Assembly (NCBI GenBank): GCA_029932855.1
Contig: JAOZPG010000001.1
Span: 83,404 to 147,403 of the forward strand
Length of the DNA: 64,000 nucleotides
DNA from: Bacteroidales bacterium
GTDB lineage: Bacteria; Bacteroidota; Bacteroidia; Bacteroidales; VadinHA17
Direction of reading: 5' to 3'
This document shows positions 1 to 9,139 of this stretch, piece after piece (the stretch's first letter is position 1; each line of letters opens with the position of its first letter). The translations under genes and the position numbers were made by a program. The notes under the pieces are model-generated. The model did no database searches. It saw only the letters and a list, made by a program, of their open reading frames with translations, and had not been told where the DNA came from.

Positions 1-1215
1 GGCTCTCAGCGCTTTTGCCAGTGTCAGCCTGAATGAGTTTGCAACAGGTATAATACCAATTAAGAAAGTAATTATAAAAACAGTTATTACTTGATTATAA
101 AAAACAGACGGGATCCAGGAAAAATACATATTAGGCTCTAGTCCCATCTCAATCATGGTCTCAGCTGCATCTCCTGTTAATTTAACCGGATTATTATAGA
201 AGTAGCTTATTAAAGGTATACTTCCCATAAATCCGCTTAATACTCCGGTCAGTCCAATAAACACTGTTTCATAAAACAGTATTAATCCCAGCTTTGCTCT
301 TTGAAGTCCTATAGCCACAAGAACTCCCATTTCCCTTCTTCTTTCTGCAAGCATCATGCTTATAGTACCCAGAATGCCAAAACCAATAACTAAATATAGT
401 ATCCCTTTCATTACAACAGCACCTGCCCGGTCTGCTTCTATCATTTGTACAAACTCGGGCTGCATTTCATCCCAGGTCATTAAGGTATATGGAGACTTTA
501 TTTTCTTATTCAGAACACGCCTGGCGTGGGGCAGATCATAAGGACTGTCAAGCATAACTATCAAGGAACTTACCAGCCCCTCGGCAGAGAAAAATTCCTG
601 ACAATTTTCCAGGTCCATATAAACCAGTTGCCTGTTAAGATCCGGGGAGGGCAGATCAATAATTCCTTTTACAGGATATTTGCCGGCAGCACTGAGCCCG
701 TGATATCCCTGCCCCAGGAGCACCAGTGTATCATTAAGCCCCAGCTTTAAATAGTCTGCAAGTCCCGCGGCAAGTAGTATTCCGTCATCTCCCGGCAAGA
801 GTATTTTTCCAGATGACAACCATTTACCAATACCCATCATCTGCTCTTCCTTTGCCGGGTCTATCCCAATTAAGATTGTACCCCTGCTCTGGTCATTGGT
901 TGAAGCCAGGGCAAAAGATTCAAGCCTGGGGACAACATAACTTACCCTGTCAGAAGAGGAAACCTTTTTTAAAAGTTCGTCTGTAAGTTTAATGGTATTA
1001 TTTATTGTTTTATGATCCCAGTAATCTTCATTCTGAACCTGTATATAACCGGAATAAAATTTTACCACATTATCAACCATTGTGCTATAGGAACCTTCCT
1101 GCATTGAAGACATAAATGTTGAAACAATGACTCCAAAAAACACAGAAGCAACAGTTATCAATGTCCTTTTCCTGTTTCTCCATAAATTTCTCCAGGCAAT
1201 TTTAAGATTTTCCAT
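1..1215 (-). CDS. ABC transporter permease, FtsX/MacB/LolC-type; 405 codons open, stop codon lies just outside the window
   Basis: Absent from the ORF track because there is no stop in the window. I read the minus frame codon by codon from the ATG at 1215 to base 1 and found no stop. The N-terminus MENLKIAWRNLWRNRKRTLITVASVFFG and C-terminus ...RLTLAKALRA parallel the adjacent 405-aa paralog. Confidence 0.85.
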   Translation of the reverse strand, partial: MENLKIAWRNLWRNRKRTLITVASVFFGVIVSTFMSSMQEGSYSTMVDNVVKFYSGYIQVQNEDYWDHKTINNTIKLTDELLKKVSSSDRVSYVVPRLESFALASTNDQSRGTILIGIDPAKEEQMMGIGKWLSSGKILLPGDDGILLAAGLADYLKLGLNDTLVLLGQGYHGLSAAGKYPVKGIIDLPSPDLNRQLVYMDLENCQEFFSAEGLVSSLIVMLDSPYDLPHARRVLNKKIKSPYTLMTWDEMQPEFVQMIEADRAGAVVMKGILYLVIGFGILGTISMMLAERRREMGVLVAIGLQRAKLGLILFYETVFIGLTGVLSGFMGSIPLISYFYNNPVKLTGDAAETMIEMGLEPNMYFSWIPSVFYNQVITVFIITFLIGIIPVANSFRLTLAKALRA

Positions 1216-1282
1216 TTGTTATTATTTGTTTCCGGTTCTATAGTTTACTTCAGATTAACAATTAATAGCTGAAGGCTGTTGC

Positions 1283-2500
1283 TTAAGCCCGTAATGCATT
1301 TACTGCCTTCAATCTAATTACAGATATAAGCGGATAAATAGCAATAACTATAGATATTATAAATATACTTATTGCGGGATTTAAGAATATATGTATTTCA
1401 TTACTGAATATAAGTACCGGTTCAAAGCCCATTTCCCCATATAATTCCCCCATTTCTCCCCCTATCTTAATAGGATTTCTCACAAAATAGTTAACAAGGG
1501 GAATACAAAATATAAAGCTAAAAAACACACCGGTAGCTGCTATAAGCAATGATTCAAGAAAAAGAATAAGCGAAAGCCATAAACGGTTCATCCCAATGGC
1601 TATCATAATTCCCAGTTCTCTTTCTCTTTCTGCTATCATCATTATAAAAGTTCCCAGTATGCCAAAGGCTATTATTATAAAAAGTATAATAATAAATATC
1701 TTTCCGCTGGAGGTCTTTCCATCAATAAGCTGGACAAGCTGAGGCTGCAGGTCTTCCCATCTCAAATAAACAAATTCCGGATTGTCTATTTGTTCAAGAC
1801 TTTTCATCAGTGCTGTCAGTGTGCCTGGTTTTTCCACCATAAGGATAAGGGATGTTACAGTTCCCGGGACCTGAAAGAAATCACCGGCAGTGCCAATATC
1901 CATATATAATATCTGGCGGTTTAACTCTGATATGGGGAATTTCAATAGCCCCCTTACAGCAAACAGGCCTGCTACCTGTACCCCATGATATCCCTGTCCT
2001 ATAAGTATAATTGTGTCACCGGTATTTACTTCAAGCTTATTGGCAAGAAGTTCTCCAAGAAGTACCCCTCCGGGATCATCACCGGAGTAGGAACCCTGAA
2101 TAATCCATTGTGAAAGTTTAGAGATTTTGTCTTCATTCTCAAAATTAACACCTATGACAGCAGTCCCGTAACTTTTTTCCCCGGTTGCAATTAGGGAAAA
2201 AGTTGAAAGCCTGGATGTATATTTACTTATGAATTCGTTATTATCAAGAAAGTTATAAAGTTCTTCATCAGGTATAAAACCATTGTTCAGGCTCTTGTTA
2301 TCCTTATAATCAATATTCTGTATCTGTGCATAACCGGTTGTAAAACTGACCATGTTGTCAACCATATTATCAAAAGAACCAGTCTGAAGAGAGCTTAATG
2401 CCACTGCCCAGAGCACACCAAAAAAAACAGAAGCTATTGTTATGAGGGTTCTTTTCCGGTTCCTCCATAAATTACGCCATGCTATTTTTAAAAGTTTCAT
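1283..2500 (-). CDS. ABC transporter permease, FtsX/MacB/LolC-type (tandem paralog)
   Basis: 405-aa ORF. The N-terminal KIAWRNLWRNRKRTLIT motif is followed by a TM helix, a large extracytoplasmic domain, then three C-terminal TM helices ending IRLKAVNALRA. Confidence 0.9.
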   Translation of the reverse strand: MKLLKIAWRNLWRNRKRTLITIASVFFGVLWAVALSSLQTGSFDNMVDNMVSFTTGYAQIQNIDYKDNKSLNNGFIPDEELYNFLDNNEFISKYTSRLSTFSLIATGEKSYGTAVIGVNFENEDKISKLSQWIIQGSYSGDDPGGVLLGELLANKLEVNTGDTIILIGQGYHGVQVAGLFAVRGLLKFPISELNRQILYMDIGTAGDFFQVPGTVTSLILMVEKPGTLTALMKSLEQIDNPEFVYLRWEDLQPQLVQLIDGKTSSGKIFIIILFIIIAFGILGTFIMMIAERERELGIMIAIGMNRLWLSLILFLESLLIAATGVFFSFIFCIPLVNYFVRNPIKIGGEMGELYGEMGFEPVLIFSNEIHIFLNPAISIFIISIVIAIYPLISVIRLKAVNALRA

Positions 2501-2535
2501 TGCAGATTGTATCTTCTTAATATTACAGCACTTTA

Positions 2536-3306
2536 TCAGCGTATTCTTTTCATATTCTGTATTGAGAAAAAACTATCTTTTATATCGACATTAAAAATTA
2601 TGTTATTGAATTCCATTATGGTCATATAGCCATCTTTTTCAACAGGTACAATTTCAAAGCGAGTAGGTATCAGCCTGTCACCTATATTTTTAATCTTTGA
2701 TAATGTTTCACGGTTTACCAGGTATCCGTCTTCATCGTAATACTCGTTTTTTAATGTAATATATTCGTTTACAGATATCCATGAAATAATTTTACCCCAT
2801 ACAACCGGAGTATCCTCATCGGGTACAAGTTCTATAATATAGCATTCGTAGTCATCAATAATTTCCCTTCCAAGTAACTTATGTTCATAATCTTCAACGA
2901 TAGAAGATTCCTTTACCAGGTCATCATTGGTCATATCTGAGCCCATCCATGACTGCATCATCATTGATGGTGGTATTTTTATCATTCGTTCAATTGACGG
3001 CAGCCAGTTCCACATTTCCTTGTCCCTTTTAAGAAACACCTGTCCCTTTTCCTTTGCAGGGGCAGTAACATATATCAACGAATATTCTGTCCCTTTCGAC
3101 CATGTCTTAAATGATAATGATCTTTCCCATTTAGGACGCATTATTGTCATTGTCATTTCCCCCCGGCTTGTTTTGCCACGCATAAGCTCATAGGCTTTAT
3201 CAACTATATCTTTTGCAGATACTTCCTGTGCTTTGGCTGCTTGTGTACTGAGTGCTATAATAATTATAGTAATTACCAGTCGAAATTTGTAAATAATACT
3301 TTTCAT
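2536..3306 (-). CDS. secreted LolA-like outer membrane lipoprotein-sorting family protein
   Basis: 256 aa with an N-terminal signal peptide (ALSTQAAKA/QE). The block KGQVFLKRDKEMWNWLPSIERMIKIPPSMMMQSWMGSDMTNDDL matches my memory of the LolA_like family that accompanies FtsX permeases. It lies 35 nt upstream of the permease gene. Confidence 0.7.
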   Translation of the reverse strand: MKSIIYKFRLVITIIIIALSTQAAKAQEVSAKDIVDKAYELMRGKTSRGEMTMTIMRPKWERSLSFKTWSKGTEYSLIYVTAPAKEKGQVFLKRDKEMWNWLPSIERMIKIPPSMMMQSWMGSDMTNDDLVKESSIVEDYEHKLLGREIIDDYECYIIELVPDEDTPVVWGKIISWISVNEYITLKNEYYDEDGYLVNRETLSKIKNIGDRLIPTRFEIVPVEKDGYMTIMEFNNIIFNVDIKDSFFSIQNMKRIR

Positions 3307-3318
3307 GTCTTAAGGCTA

Positions 3319-3894
3319 TTAAATGTATTTTTTTATTATTATTTCTTTAACTTCCTTTATTTTAAAGTTTTCAGGATTAAGTATATAGTGCATCCCAACA
3401 CCATCAAGTATTGCCCCTATTAGTTTTGCTTCTGCTTCCGGATTTTCTGATCCCTGATTTGTAAAATAATTCTCAAGCATTTGCATTATCGGACTTAAAT
3501 ATTCGTTCAAACTTTTTTCAAACATTTTATATATCATGGGTTTCATAATCAATATAAAATACAGCTTCCAGAAATCTCTGCTATTTTCTAATTTATCCAA
3601 TGAATTTTCAATAAACAGAATAAACTCATCTTTAGTAAGTATGCCATCATGGTTTTGGTCAAAAGATTTGAATATTTCGTCCAGTCCGAAATGAAATATT
3701 TCTGATAGCAGGTCTTCTTTGTTTTGAAAATAATTATAAATAAGTCCCTTTGAGATATTTGCAGCTTTAGCAATTTTATCTATGGAGGTAATATAATAAC
3801 CCTCTTCAGCAAACAGCTTAAGTGCCGTGTTCATAATAAGCTTTCTTTTTTCTTCCCTTATTATTTTTAATTGCTTCGATGTACGGGGTGACAT
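3319..3894 (-). CDS. TetR/AcrR family transcriptional regulator with an EF-hand-like loop
   Basis: HTH region TSIDKIAKAANISKGLIYNYFQNKEDLL. The track ORF extends to 3939, but those first codons coincide with a 20-bp palindrome, so I prefer the ATG at 3894 (MSPRTSKQLK...). Confidence 0.85.
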   Translation of the reverse strand: MSPRTSKQLKIIREEKRKLIMNTALKLFAEEGYYITSIDKIAKAANISKGLIYNYFQNKEDLLSEIFHFGLDEIFKSFDQNHDGILTKDEFILFIENSLDKLENSRDFWKLYFILIMKPMIYKMFEKSLNEYLSPIMQMLENYFTNQGSENPEAEAKLIGAILDGVGMHYILNPENFKIKEVKEIIIKKYI

Positions 3895-3919
3895 AATATG
3901 ATTCCGGATAAATAGTTTA

Positions 3920-3939
3920 TTGACTGAATATTCGGTCAA
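3920..3939 (-). promoter_or_regulatory. 20-bp near-perfect palindrome, candidate TetR operator
   Basis: TTGACTGAATATTCGGTCAA is self-complementary at 18 of 20 positions. It lies 26-45 nt upstream of the preferred TetR start at 3894. An imperfect -7-like box (TCaaTTTG on the minus strand, plus-strand 3954-3961) lies just upstream. Confidence 0.55.
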
Positions 3940-4045
3940 TATTACAATCTTGCCAAATTGAAACCAAATAATTGTTCAGTTTTTTTCAAAATGAAATATT
4001 ATTATTTATACAATAAAGCCTTTTGTTAAGCCTGGCAATAGCAGA

Positions 4046-4360
4046 TTAAACACATTTACTAACACAATCTATAATCTTGCTAAGGTTTTCGTGCTTCAAA
4101 AAGTAATAGGTGTTTTTTCCCTTTCTCAGTGATGACAAAACCCCTTTATCTTTAAGTATGCCCAGGTGGTGTGATGTTGTTGATTGCTGAATATTTAATT
4201 TTTCGTGTATTTCAGATACATTAAGTTTATTATTATCCAAAAGATTTAGAATGGATAGTCTCATGGGGTGAGCAATTGCTTTCAACATGCTGGCAGCAGC
4301 GTCTAATTGTTCTGAATTAAGATCTTTGATTTTCATGCTTAAATGATCTGTTATGTTCAT
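4046..4360 (-). CDS. ArsR/SmtB family transcriptional regulator
   Basis: 104 aa. Winged-helix signature HPMRLSILNLL...NVSEIHEKLNIQQSTTSHHLGILKDKGVL. There is a C-terminal CVSKC cysteine pair and no alpha-3 CxC site. Confidence 0.85.
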   Translation of the reverse strand: MNITDHLSMKIKDLNSEQLDAAASMLKAIAHPMRLSILNLLDNNKLNVSEIHEKLNIQQSTTSHHLGILKDKGVLSSLRKGKNTYYFLKHENLSKIIDCVSKCV

Positions 4361-4513
4361 TATTATTTTATGATTTAATTACCAATTCCCTTATAAATCT
4401 TGAAGTTATACAAATATATAAATAGCTGGTTTCTTTTAATGGTATAATAAGATATTTAAAAGCATGTTTTTGTGGAATAGTAAATATATTATCTTTATAG
4501 GCAAAGATCCCAT

Positions 4514-5488
4514 ATGTCAAGAATTGATCTGATAATGTCACCGATTAAGCAGGAAATGACAGAGTTTGACAAATATTTCAAGTCATCTCTTAAGTCCAAG
4601 GTTCCGTTAGTTGACATAATTACCAATTACATACTCCGGAGAAAAGGAAAACAAATGCGCCCCATGTTTGTTTTTCTCACTGCCAAAATGCTTGGAGAAA
4701 TAAACAGGTCGAGTTATATTGCAGCTTCATTAATTGAACTCCTGCATACAGCCACTCTTGTTCATGATGATGTTGTTGATGAATCTTATGAAAGACGTGG
4801 TTTCTTCTCAATAAATGCTTTGTGGAAATCAAAAATTGCCGTGCTTTTGGGTGATTATCTACTTTCAAAAGGTCTTTTGATAGCTCTTGAAAATAAAGAA
4901 TTTGAAATTCTTGAGATAGTATCAGTAGCTGTCAGGGAAATAAGTGAAGGAGAATTATTACAACTTCAAAAGTCCTTTAAACTTAATATCCGAGAGGAAG
5001 AGTACTTTGAAATTATCCGCAAAAAGACCGCTACTTTGATTGCAGCATGCACTGCTACCGGAGCAAAATCAGTAATTGAAAATGACGAGGTCATAAGTGA
5101 TATGAAAAAGTTCGGGGAATATGCTGGTATAGCATTTCAAATACGGGATGATCTTTTTGATTATGAAAAAAACGGTCTTGTTGGTAAACCCCGTGGAAAT
5201 GACCTGAAAGAAAAAAAACTTACACTTCCCATAATATACTCCCTAAATAAAGCACCGGCAAGTGAACGAAAACATATACTGGGATTAATTAAAAAACATT
5301 CCACAAAAACCAGCTCTCTTGAAGAAATTATAAGCTTCGTTGAAAAGTCAGGGGGAATTGAATATTCTGCAAAAAAAATGCATGAATATAAAAACAAGGC
5401 CCTGGAATCAATTTCCCGATTTCAGGATAATGAATCGAAAAAAGCACTTATAGAACTTGTAAATTATTCAGTTGACCGAAAAAAATAA
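4514..5488 (+). CDS. polyprenyl diphosphate synthase (trans-isoprenyl, IspB-like)
   Basis: 324 aa with both aspartate-rich motifs: LVHDDVVDES and FQIRDDLFD. Confidence 0.9.
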   Translation: MSRIDLIMSPIKQEMTEFDKYFKSSLKSKVPLVDIITNYILRRKGKQMRPMFVFLTAKMLGEINRSSYIAASLIELLHTATLVHDDVVDESYERRGFFSINALWKSKIAVLLGDYLLSKGLLIALENKEFEILEIVSVAVREISEGELLQLQKSFKLNIREEEYFEIIRKKTATLIAACTATGAKSVIENDEVISDMKKFGEYAGIAFQIRDDLFDYEKNGLVGKPRGNDLKEKKLTLPIIYSLNKAPASERKHILGLIKKHSTKTSSLEEIISFVEKSGGIEYSAKKMHEYKNKALESISRFQDNESKKALIELVNYSVDRKK

Positions 5489-5638
5489 AATTGCAGTCAG
5501 ATGAGGCGCTCAAAACCGGGTTATGGCCGGTAAAAATTATTTTATTTGATTCTAATAACACTAAAACACTCACCTATTTCCACTAAACTGCTTATTTATA
5601 GAAGATTAATACGTCTAAACTTATAAATAAAAATTATC

Positions 5639-7441
5639 TCATCTGGAAGAGTTTTTGAAGTGTTTTAGCAAAATAGTACTTTTTACTCTTCCAATTTCTA
5701 TTTTCAACTCATAAGGTTTAAGTTTTTTTATTCTTTCAATAGATTTATATTTAATCAATAATTTGTTTATTGTCCTGGGACCAATTCCTTTAATTGAATC
5801 TAATTCTGATTTCGTTAATAACGCTGAACGTTTGTGCCTGTGAAAAGAAATTCCAAACCGGTGGGCTTCATTTCTTAATTGCTGGATAATTTTCAGAGAA
5901 GATGAATTCTTATCCAGGTAAAGAGGAACCGGATCTCCGGGTACATAAATTTCTTCAAGTCTTTTAGCAATTCCAAAAACCGCTATAGTACCTTTTATAT
6001 TCAAATCTTCCAATGCATCAATAGCCGCTCTTAATTGTCCTTTGCCCCCATCCACCAAAATCATATCCGGTAAGCTTTTTTTTTCGTCCAGCATTCTTTT
6101 ATATCTTCTGAAAACAACCTCTTTCATTGAAGCAAAATCATTTGCTCCTGCCACCGTTTTAATATTAAAATGCCTGTACTCAGATTTTTTGGGTTTCCCG
6201 TTTCGAAATACAACACAGGCTGCTACAGCTTGCTTGCCCTGTATGTTTGAATTGTCAAAACATTCTATATGTCGTGGTATATTCTTCAACCTCATATCGT
6301 CCCTGAGTTTTTCAAGCACATATATTTTATTTACCCTGTTCCTTTGAAGCTCTTTTGTACGCTTTCTTTCCATCATAAAGTAACGGGCATTTCTTTCAGA
6401 AAGCTCTAAGAGCCTTTTTTTATCTCCTCGTTTAGGAATAAATATTCTCATCCCCGGAAAACTGTATGCGGGCATAAAGGGCAAGAGTGTTTCACGTGAA
6501 ACCTCTCTCATATTTTGTGTTATCTCCGTGATAGCCAAGGTTATAAGTTCTTCCTTAGACTCATCAAGTCTTCTTTTTAATTCCAGTGAACGGGAATAAA
6601 CGACAGAACCTGCAAGCACCTTAAGATAATTTACATATGCAACATCATCATCATCCACTATGCTGAAAACATCAATATCTGTTATTCTGGAACTTACAAC
6701 TGTTGATTTGCTCTGATATTTACTTATTATTTCAACCTTTTCCTTTAAGTAGTCTGCCTCTTCATACTTATAATCAGCTGAATACTTATGCATAAGAACA
6801 TTTAAATAATCTCGTAATTCATTTATATTTCCTTTAAGTATGCTTCTTATTTGTTTTATAATTTCATTATACTCGTCTTCATCCTGTTTTCCTACGCAGG
6901 GAGCTTTACATTTGCCTATGTGAAATTCAAGACAGGGCTTAAACTTCTGATTATCAATGTTTTTAGAGCTAAGCTTGTAAGAACATGTCCTTATGGGATA
7001 TAATTGCCTGAGAAGGTCGAGAATAGTACGTACAAGCAAGGCAGATGTATATGGACCGAAATATTCTGACCCGTCATTTAGTTTATTCCTTGTGGAAAAC
7101 ACACGCGGGAAGGGTTCGTTTTTAATACATATCCAGGGGAAATTTTTATCGTCTTTTAAAAGGACATTGTAACGGGGCTGGTATTTTTTTATTAGTGTAT
7201 TCTCGAGCAAAAGAGCCTCATGTTCTGAATCCACTATTATAATATTTACCGAGACTGTCCTGGATATCAGGATTTTTGTTTTGCCTGTATTTTTCTTTGT
7301 AAAATATGAACTTACTCTTTTCTTTAGATTCTTTGCTTTGCCAATATATATAATTTCAGACTTCTTATCCCTGAACTGGTATATACCTGGTTTTGAAGGC
7401 AGGCTTTTAATACTGTCTTTTATTTTATTGTTTTCAGTCAC
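5639..7441 (-). CDS. uvrC: excinuclease ABC subunit C
   Basis: 600 aa. N-terminal GIY-YIG block PGIYQFRDKKSEIIYIGKAKNLKKRV, a central UvrBC domain and a C-terminal helix-hairpin-helix LDSIKGIGPRTINKLL. Confidence 0.95.
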   Translation of the reverse strand: MTENNKIKDSIKSLPSKPGIYQFRDKKSEIIYIGKAKNLKKRVSSYFTKKNTGKTKILISRTVSVNIIIVDSEHEALLLENTLIKKYQPRYNVLLKDDKNFPWICIKNEPFPRVFSTRNKLNDGSEYFGPYTSALLVRTILDLLRQLYPIRTCSYKLSSKNIDNQKFKPCLEFHIGKCKAPCVGKQDEDEYNEIIKQIRSILKGNINELRDYLNVLMHKYSADYKYEEADYLKEKVEIISKYQSKSTVVSSRITDIDVFSIVDDDDVAYVNYLKVLAGSVVYSRSLELKRRLDESKEELITLAITEITQNMREVSRETLLPFMPAYSFPGMRIFIPKRGDKKRLLELSERNARYFMMERKRTKELQRNRVNKIYVLEKLRDDMRLKNIPRHIECFDNSNIQGKQAVAACVVFRNGKPKKSEYRHFNIKTVAGANDFASMKEVVFRRYKRMLDEKKSLPDMILVDGGKGQLRAAIDALEDLNIKGTIAVFGIAKRLEEIYVPGDPVPLYLDKNSSSLKIIQQLRNEAHRFGISFHRHKRSALLTKSELDSIKGIGPRTINKLLIKYKSIERIKKLKPYELKIEIGRVKSTILLKHFKNSSR

Positions 7442-7477
7442 AACAATATTATATATATGGCTTCGCCAGCTTAAAAT

Positions 7478-9115
7478 TTATTGATTAAGATAGAGACCCG
7501 TTTGCATAAAGTTATTTACATCAAACAAGCCCTTGTCTCCTATTTTTATTTCAGGAATAACAAGGAGTGCCATAAAAGCCAGTGTCATAAACGGGGCTTT
7601 CATTTTGCCACACAATAATGAAGCTTCATTATTTAATCTATTATATGATTCTGCAACAAACTCTGGATTTGCCGAAGACATAAGTCCGGCTATATCAAGG
7701 ACCATGTTTTTTGTTCCGTTGATATCACTAATTGAAATACCTCCTTTTGTATCAATAAGTTTATTGATGGCATTTACAATATATTTATCATTCGTGCCGA
7801 CAGCAATAATATTATGGCTATCATGAGCAATGCTTGAAGCAATAGCACCCTCAGTCATACCAAAGCCATTTATAAAACCAATTGCAGGTTTAGCTTTCAT
7901 GTACCTGTTAAGTACTACTATTTTATTTATATCCATGCTGGCCAGGCTTTCTGAATCTGTACCCGTAAGGGATAAGTCCACAATTTGGCCCACAGTATAT
8001 AAATCGCCGTCTGATGCTTTAATAAGCTTAATTTTACCAGGAAAAAGATCAAGTTTAATATCTGAGATCTTTATCTTTTGAGCATTAAAATTGTTAATAG
8101 GCCTGGGCTTAGAATAAGAAAATTTAACTTTATTATTCTCAAAAACCACTTCCCCGTTTATCCAGGTTTCCATAATGTTAAATTCTTCTATATTATCTAT
8201 AACTATCAGATCTGCAGGATCTCCTTTTCTCATTAAACAGCTATCAAGATTATAATGAAGAGCAGGAGTAATAATAGCAGCCTGCAACACATTAAAAAGG
8301 TTCATACCATTTTTAATAGCCCTTTTTACAAGCAGGTTCATGTGACCCTTCATAAGGTCGTCCGGATGGAGATCGTCCGAACAAAGCATAATCATGCCAG
8401 GGTATTTATCTATAAGCCTGTATAACTTGTTAAAATTCTTTGCAGCACTTCCTTCCCTGATCTGTATCAGCATTCCTGCATTAATCTTTTCTTCAGCTTC
8501 TTCAAGATCAGAACATTCATGATCAGTAGAAATTCCTGCTGCAATATATTTTTCCAGGTCATCTCCCTCCAGGCCAGGAGCATGTCCATCAACAGGTTTA
8601 TTGATTCCCCTGGCAAACTTTACTTTTCCTACAACTGAGTCTACATTATTAATTATTGCCGGGAAATTCATCATTTCAGACAAATATTTTATTTCATCCC
8701 TCTCTAACAGGGCTTTTACATCATTATAATCAAGCTTTGCCCCGGAAGTTTCAAAATCAGTGGCCGGGACACATGAGGGGGCTCCAAAATAAATTTTTAG
8801 AGGACTTTTTTTCGCTTCCCCTACCATATAATCCACTCCTTTAATACCAAGAACATTGGCAATCTCATGGGGATCTGAAACACATGCTACAGTCCCATGC
8901 TTAACGGCAAGGAGGCCAAATGAGCCAGGTGGTAACATGGAACTTTCAATATGTATATGAGAATCGATCAGGCCTGGTAATATATAATTCAAATCCCTGT
9001 CCTCTTCTCCTAAAAAATTTATAGCCTCAATCCTGCTGTTTTCAATTTCAATCTTTCCATAATAGATTCTTCTTTTCTGAATATCAATAATATTTCCAAA
9101 AATATTTTTTCTCAT
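7478..9115 (-). CDS. ade: adenine deaminase
   Basis: 545 aa. Amidohydrolase metal site LPGLIDSHIHIESSML; length and architecture are typical of Ade. Confidence 0.88.
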   Translation of the reverse strand: MRKNIFGNIIDIQKRRIYYGKIEIENSRIEAINFLGEEDRDLNYILPGLIDSHIHIESSMLPPGSFGLLAVKHGTVACVSDPHEIANVLGIKGVDYMVGEAKKSPLKIYFGAPSCVPATDFETSGAKLDYNDVKALLERDEIKYLSEMMNFPAIINNVDSVVGKVKFARGINKPVDGHAPGLEGDDLEKYIAAGISTDHECSDLEEAEEKINAGMLIQIREGSAAKNFNKLYRLIDKYPGMIMLCSDDLHPDDLMKGHMNLLVKRAIKNGMNLFNVLQAAIITPALHYNLDSCLMRKGDPADLIVIDNIEEFNIMETWINGEVVFENNKVKFSYSKPRPINNFNAQKIKISDIKLDLFPGKIKLIKASDGDLYTVGQIVDLSLTGTDSESLASMDINKIVVLNRYMKAKPAIGFINGFGMTEGAIASSIAHDSHNIIAVGTNDKYIVNAINKLIDTKGGISISDINGTKNMVLDIAGLMSSANPEFVAESYNRLNNEASLLCGKMKAPFMTLAFMALLVIPEIKIGDKGLFDVNNFMQTGLYLNQ

Positions 9116-9139
9116 ATTTTTTCTGTTCCACGTGGAACA

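Noticed and set aside
5515-5531. The hairpin ACCGG-gttatgg-CCGGT between convergent ispB-like and uvrC genes, as a terminator.
   Set aside because: The stem is only 5 bp and lacks a proper T-run on either strand, which is too weak to call.
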